A DNA stretch of 64,000 nt from NCBI GenBank assembly GCA_013202845.1, contig JABMPT010000005.1:71308-135307 (forward strand), in the 5' to 3' direction. Positions within the stretch are counted from its first letter, which is position 1. The number at the start of each line of letters is the position of its first letter. The notes under the pieces are model-generated. The model did not search any database, was not told the DNA's origin, and was given only the letters and a program-made list of their open reading frames with translations. Both the position numbers and the translations under genes were made by a program. This document shows, piece by piece, positions 60,415 to 64,000 of this stretch. The DNA is from Candidatus Woesearchaeota archaeon (lineage in GTDB: Archaea; Nanobdellota; Nanobdellia; Woesearchaeales; GCA-2686295).

Positions 60415-61455
60415 ATGGGAACACCAATAACCGATATTCTAGAAACAAAAGAAATAATGATTGAGGATTTGAAAGGAAAAATCCTGGCTGTTGATTCCTA
60501 CAACATGCTCTACCAGTTTCTTTCAAGCATAAGACAATCAGATGGTACACCTTTGATGGATTCGAAAGGAAGAGTCACAAGCCATTTAACAGGATTGTTT
60601 AGCAGAATAACTAAGTTAATGATTGAAGGGCTAATATTTGCATTTGTTTTTGATGGAGAGGTTCCTGAACTGAAAAAGGCAGAAAGGGAAAGGAGAAAAA
60701 AAATCAAGTTGAAAGCTAAAAGTCTTTATGAAGAAGCCAAACAAAAAGAGAACTTAGAGGATATGAAAAAATATGCTTCCAGAACTTCAAGGCTTACTGA
60801 CGAGATGATCAAAGAGGCAAAAGAACTCATTAAAGCTCTTGGAATGCCTATATTGGATGCTCCAAGTGAAGGAGAAGCACAAGCAGCTTTCCTTGCTGAA
60901 AACGGTGACTGCTACGCAATTGTCAGCCAGGATACAGATTCACTGATATTTGGCGCTCCTTTGGTTGTGAAAAACCTTACTGTTAGCGGCAGAAGAAAAG
61001 CACTCAATAAATTGACTTACAAAACCATTAATCCTGAGTTAATCTCACTTGCTGAAAACTTAAATCATCTTGGAGTTAATCAGGAACAACTAATAGTAAT
61101 AGCCATGCTTGCAGGAACTGACTTTAACATTGGCGGTGTGAAAGGAATCGGTCCTAAGAAAGCCTTGAATCTTGTTATAACTTATGGAAATGATTATGAT
61201 AAATTGTTTGAAGAAGCTGGTTGGAAAGATAATTTTGATTTTGAATGGCAAGAAGTTTTCTATTTGATAAAGAATATGCCTGTAAAGAAAGATTACAAAC
61301 TGGAATGGGATTCTGTTGACAAAGAAGCTGTTGTAAAGCTGCTTGTTGAAGAGCATGATTTCAGCAAGGAAAGAGTTGAGAAGACTCTTGACAAATTGAC
61401 AAAGGGAAAACCTGACAAACAACAAAAAGGATTAAGTGAGTTTTTTAAGAGGTGA
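60415..61455 (+). CDS. fen: Flap endonuclease 1
   Basis: YQFLSSIRQ.DG, VFDG, APSEGEAQ, SQDTD, GTDFN, PIP box QKGLSEFF. Confidence 0.95.
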   Translation: MGTPITDILETKEIMIEDLKGKILAVDSYNMLYQFLSSIRQSDGTPLMDSKGRVTSHLTGLFSRITKLMIEGLIFAFVFDGEVPELKKAERERRKKIKLKAKSLYEEAKQKENLEDMKKYASRTSRLTDEMIKEAKELIKALGMPILDAPSEGEAQAAFLAENGDCYAIVSQDTDSLIFGAPLVVKNLTVSGRRKALNKLTYKTINPELISLAENLNHLGVNQEQLIVIAMLAGTDFNIGGVKGIGPKKALNLVITYGNDYDKLFEEAGWKDNFDFEWQEVFYLIKNMPVKKDYKLEWDSVDKEAVVKLLVEEHDFSKERVEKTLDKLTKGKPDKQQKGLSEFFKR

Positions 61456-61460
61456 GATGA

Positions 61461-62333
61461 ATGGATTGGTATATCTATATTTTGCTATCGGCTGTGTTTA
61501 TAGCATTTCTAAATATGGTAAACAAGAAGATTCTCATCCATGAGCATGCCATGGAATTTCTTTCTTCAAGAGCCCCTCTTGTCATAATAATATCTTTATT
61601 TCTACTTCCTTTTGTTAATTTCAATATTCCTTTGAAAGTTTATGTTTTGATTTATACTATGTCTGTGTTGGTTAGTGCAGGAGCTATTTACTTAAATAAA
61701 GGATTAAGGCACGGAGAGATATCAACAATAAGCCCTCTAACAAATATTAGTCCTGTATTTTTGTTAATTATCGCGTATTTCATACTTGGAGAGAGCCCTG
61801 AAGCAAAGCAGTATTTTGGAGTGTTTCTCCTGATACTTGGTGCTTACTCTCTTGAGGTCGGCATAACAAATAAAGGTCTTTTAGAGCCAATAAAAATATT
61901 TTTGAAATCCAAGATAATCCACTACGTTATTTTTTCAATGGTTGTTTTCAGCATCACTGCAACTTTTGATAAATTCATAATAACCAATTACACCAATTTT
62001 CAAACACATTTCTTTTTGTTGATGATATTTACATCAATCAATTATATGCTAGTTGACAGTTATAGATTCGGATATCGAGAGATAATAATAGGATTGAAAA
62101 AAGACTTCAAATTTCATTTAGGAAGCTCTATCTTTTTGTTTCTAGGTAATTTCTTCTATTTCTCTGCAGTCTCATTCCCAAGTGCACCTATCTCATTATT
62201 AATTCCTTTAAAGAGAACTTCAACCCTTTTCACAACAATATTCGGTGGAAAACTTTTTCACGAAGAAAATCTTTTGGTCAAGGTTTTGGCTTGCATCATC
62301 ATGATTTGGGGGGCGGTGTTTATTTTACTATAA
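61461..62333 (+). CDS. EamA/DMT-family transporter
   Basis: Ten TM segments in two repeats; ILGE, FHE. Confidence 0.85.
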   Translation: MDWYIYILLSAVFIAFLNMVNKKILIHEHAMEFLSSRAPLVIIISLFLLPFVNFNIPLKVYVLIYTMSVLVSAGAIYLNKGLRHGEISTISPLTNISPVFLLIIAYFILGESPEAKQYFGVFLLILGAYSLEVGITNKGLLEPIKIFLKSKIIHYVIFSMVVFSITATFDKFIITNYTNFQTHFFLLMIFTSINYMLVDSYRFGYREIIIGLKKDFKFHLGSSIFLFLGNFFYFSAVSFPSAPISLLIPLKRTSTLFTTIFGGKLFHEENLLVKVLACIIMIWGAVFILL

Positions 62334-62365
62334 AAATTTAAAAAACCTCATCCTTTCTTAGTAAA

Positions 62366-63385
62366 ATGATTGGAGCAAAAGTTTCATTGAAAAAAGCAGA
62401 AGAAGTAAAGAAGTTCATAATAAATAAAGGTTTGCTGCTGAATGATTATTGGATGGTAAGATTAAAGAACGGAGTGATATTTCCTGTTAAAAAGAAATTT
62501 GAGAAAACAAATGTCGAATTTGTCAGCAGGGTTTTCAAGAAGATTGAGAAAAGACAGAACTGGAAACAGATTCTTAAAAAAAAACTTTCTAAAAAAGAGT
62601 TTGATATCTTAAAGACTGCTCATGACGTTGTTGGCAGCATAGCAATTCTTGAGATTCCAGATGAGTTAAAGAAAAAAGAGAAGCTTATCGCAGAGACATT
62701 GCTTAAAGCGAATAAGAATGTTAAAACTGTGTTGAAGAAAGCAGGTGAACACTCTGGTACTTTCAGAACTCAAAAGATGAAATGGTTGGCCGGTGAGAAA
62801 ACAAAAGAAACAATTCATAAAGAGAATAATGTCAGGTTGAAAGTCAATGTGAAAGAGATTTATTTCAGCGCCCGTTTAAGCACTGAGAGAAAAAGAATAA
62901 TGAAACAGATTAGAAGAGGAGTGAAAATACTCGTTATGTTTTCTGGTTGCGCTCCTTACCCTTGTGTGTTCTCAAAGAACACAGACGCTTACAAGATTGT
63001 TGGTATTGAAATTAATCCAAAAGCTCACAGGTATGCAGAAGAGAATGTTAGAATCAACAAATTGAACAATGTAGAGCTAATTCTTGGAGATGTTAAAAAA
63101 GTAGTTCCTAATCTAAAAGAAAGATTTGACAGAATCTGCATGCCTCTGCCAAGAGGCGGAGAAAACTTCTTAAAAGAAGCATTGATGGTCTCAAAGAAAA
63201 ATACAGTTATTCATTTCTATGATTTCCTACATAAAACAGAGTTTGACAAAGCAGAAGAGAAAGTAAAGAAAGCATGTGATAAAACAAATATAAAATGCAA
63301 ATTTCTTGATTTTGTGAAATGCGGACAATATTCACCAGGAAAATATAGAATTTGTTTGGATTTTAGAGTAATTGCCGGTATCTAA
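62366..63385 (+). CDS. trm5: Trm5/TYW2-family tRNA methyltransferase (G37 modification)
   Basis: DVVGSIAI, G.FR, HKEN, YFS.RLSTER, MFSGCAPY, EINP, MPLP, YSP. Confidence 0.82.
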   Translation: MIGAKVSLKKAEEVKKFIINKGLLLNDYWMVRLKNGVIFPVKKKFEKTNVEFVSRVFKKIEKRQNWKQILKKKLSKKEFDILKTAHDVVGSIAILEIPDELKKKEKLIAETLLKANKNVKTVLKKAGEHSGTFRTQKMKWLAGEKTKETIHKENNVRLKVNVKEIYFSARLSTERKRIMKQIRRGVKILVMFSGCAPYPCVFSKNTDAYKIVGIEINPKAHRYAEENVRINKLNNVELILGDVKKVVPNLKERFDRICMPLPRGGENFLKEALMVSKKNTVIHFYDFLHKTEFDKAEEKVKKACDKTNIKCKFLDFVKCGQYSPGKYRICLDFRVIAGI

Positions 63386-63396
63386 ACATTTATATA
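63383..63396 (+). promoter_or_regulatory. TATA promoter for the wHTH-proC transcript
   Basis: AAACA-TTTATATA ends 22 nt before ATG 63419, the spacing seen for other first genes in the window. Confidence 0.6.
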
Positions 63397-63418
63397 AAAA
63401 CTAATATTATCCACGTCT

Positions 63419-63681
63419 ATGAAAGCAACAAAGAGTGATTGTATTCCTTGTTAATCAATTTAAATTAGATAGTTCTCTAAAGGGTGGTTGTTTTCCTTGT
63501 TCTTCAAACCATTATCAAAAATGAGCGAATTAGTCAAAGAGAACTTATAAAAAAAACAAATCTTTCTGAGAGAACTATAAGAAACCATCTCAAATTTCTA
63601 CTTTATGAAAGAATGATTCTAGCTAGAGAAGATATTTCTGATTTAAGATATAAATTCTATGAGTTGAGGTGTGGAAAGTGA
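63419..63681 (+). CDS. Winged-HTH regulator-like protein; 5' part split over three reading frames (recoded, pseudogene, or GTG start at 63484)
   Basis: ISQRELIKKTNLSERTIRNHLKFL..D.R.K.Y wHTH pattern in 63484-63681; the upstream ATG frame closes after 11 codons. Confidence 0.6.
63430..63501 (+). repeat. Two 23-nt imperfect direct repeats (20/23 identical)
   Basis: AAAGAGTGATTGTATTCCTTGTT at 63430-63452 and AAAGGGTGGTTGTTTTCCTTGTT at 63479-63501. Confidence 0.8.
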
Positions 63682-64000
63682 CAGAGCAATACAGAGTTGG
63701 AGTAATTGGAGCAGGAAACATGGGATCCGCAATTATAAATTCAATTAGCCAAAATGAGAACTATTCAATAATCGCTAGCAGAAGAACAGAGCAGGCATTG
63801 AAAGAAATAAAAAACCAATATGAAGTAGAAGTGACCACTGATAATAACGAAGTAGTATCTCAATCAGATGTCATTATTCTTGGAGTTAAACCTAACAATC
63901 TTGATGAAGTTCTAAAAGGAACAAGAGAATTCCATAACAGTCAGCTTTGGATTTCAATAGCTGCTGGAAAAACCATACAATCAATTGAAGAAGTACTTGG
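63678..64000 (+). CDS. proC: Pyrroline-5-carboxylate reductase (5' part, runs off the window)
   Basis: GTG start with SD GAGGTG; translates to VGVIGAGNMGSAI...DVIILGVKP...ISIAAG. Confidence 0.88.
   Translation, partial: MTEQYRVGVIGAGNMGSAIINSISQNENYSIIASRRTEQALKEIKNQYEVEVTTDNNEVVSQSDVIILGVKPNNLDEVLKGTREFHNSQLWISIAAGKTIQSIEEVL

Noticed and set aside
635..61425. Numerous short antisense or nested ORFs in the ORF track (e.g. 13505-14005, 18189-18647, 42257-42712)
   Set aside because: They lie within well-supported genes, mostly on the opposite strand, and show no motifs; they are shadow ORFs.
63430..63501. Mini CRISPR array
   Set aside because: Only two imperfect copies, 26 nt apart, with no cas genes and overlapping a coding path.
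1..64000. tRNA genes, transposases, integrases or prophage
   Set aside because: No cloverleaf-like GC-rich island other than the 5S gene and no mobile-element proteins were recognised by eye.

Overview
AT-rich archaeal DNA, judging by AglB, an HMf-type histone, Hjc, FEN-1, aMBF1, EndA, Trm5 and BRE/TATA promoters. The compact genes, split RqcH and unlinked 5S rRNA suggest a DPANN lineage such as Woesearchaeota (inference). Bases 1-41,765 form a surface-glycosylation locus of at least 42 kb around aglB. It encodes a phosphonate entry enzyme (cytidylyltransferase-PEP mutase) with LicD, a carbamoyltransferase cassette, a nonulosonic (legionaminic-type) acid pathway with an interleaved folate/formyl-donor module and an amidino-modification trio, two radical SAM enzymes, methyltransferases, glycosyltransferases, a flippase and UDP-GlcA/UDP-Xyl enzymes. 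A stand-alone 111-nt 5S rRNA follows, then housekeeping genes (RNA modification, class II RNR plus PduO, a second small glycan locus with two AglB-like paralogues, and replication/repair genes). The most unusual signal is at the right end. Between trm5 and proC, a wHTH gene reads as one protein from its promoter-proximal ATG only through two +1 frameshifts, both at a repeated motif centred on a CCT proline codon. This is a candidate proline-sensing recoding switch. All product calls come from motif recognition by eye; no searches were run.
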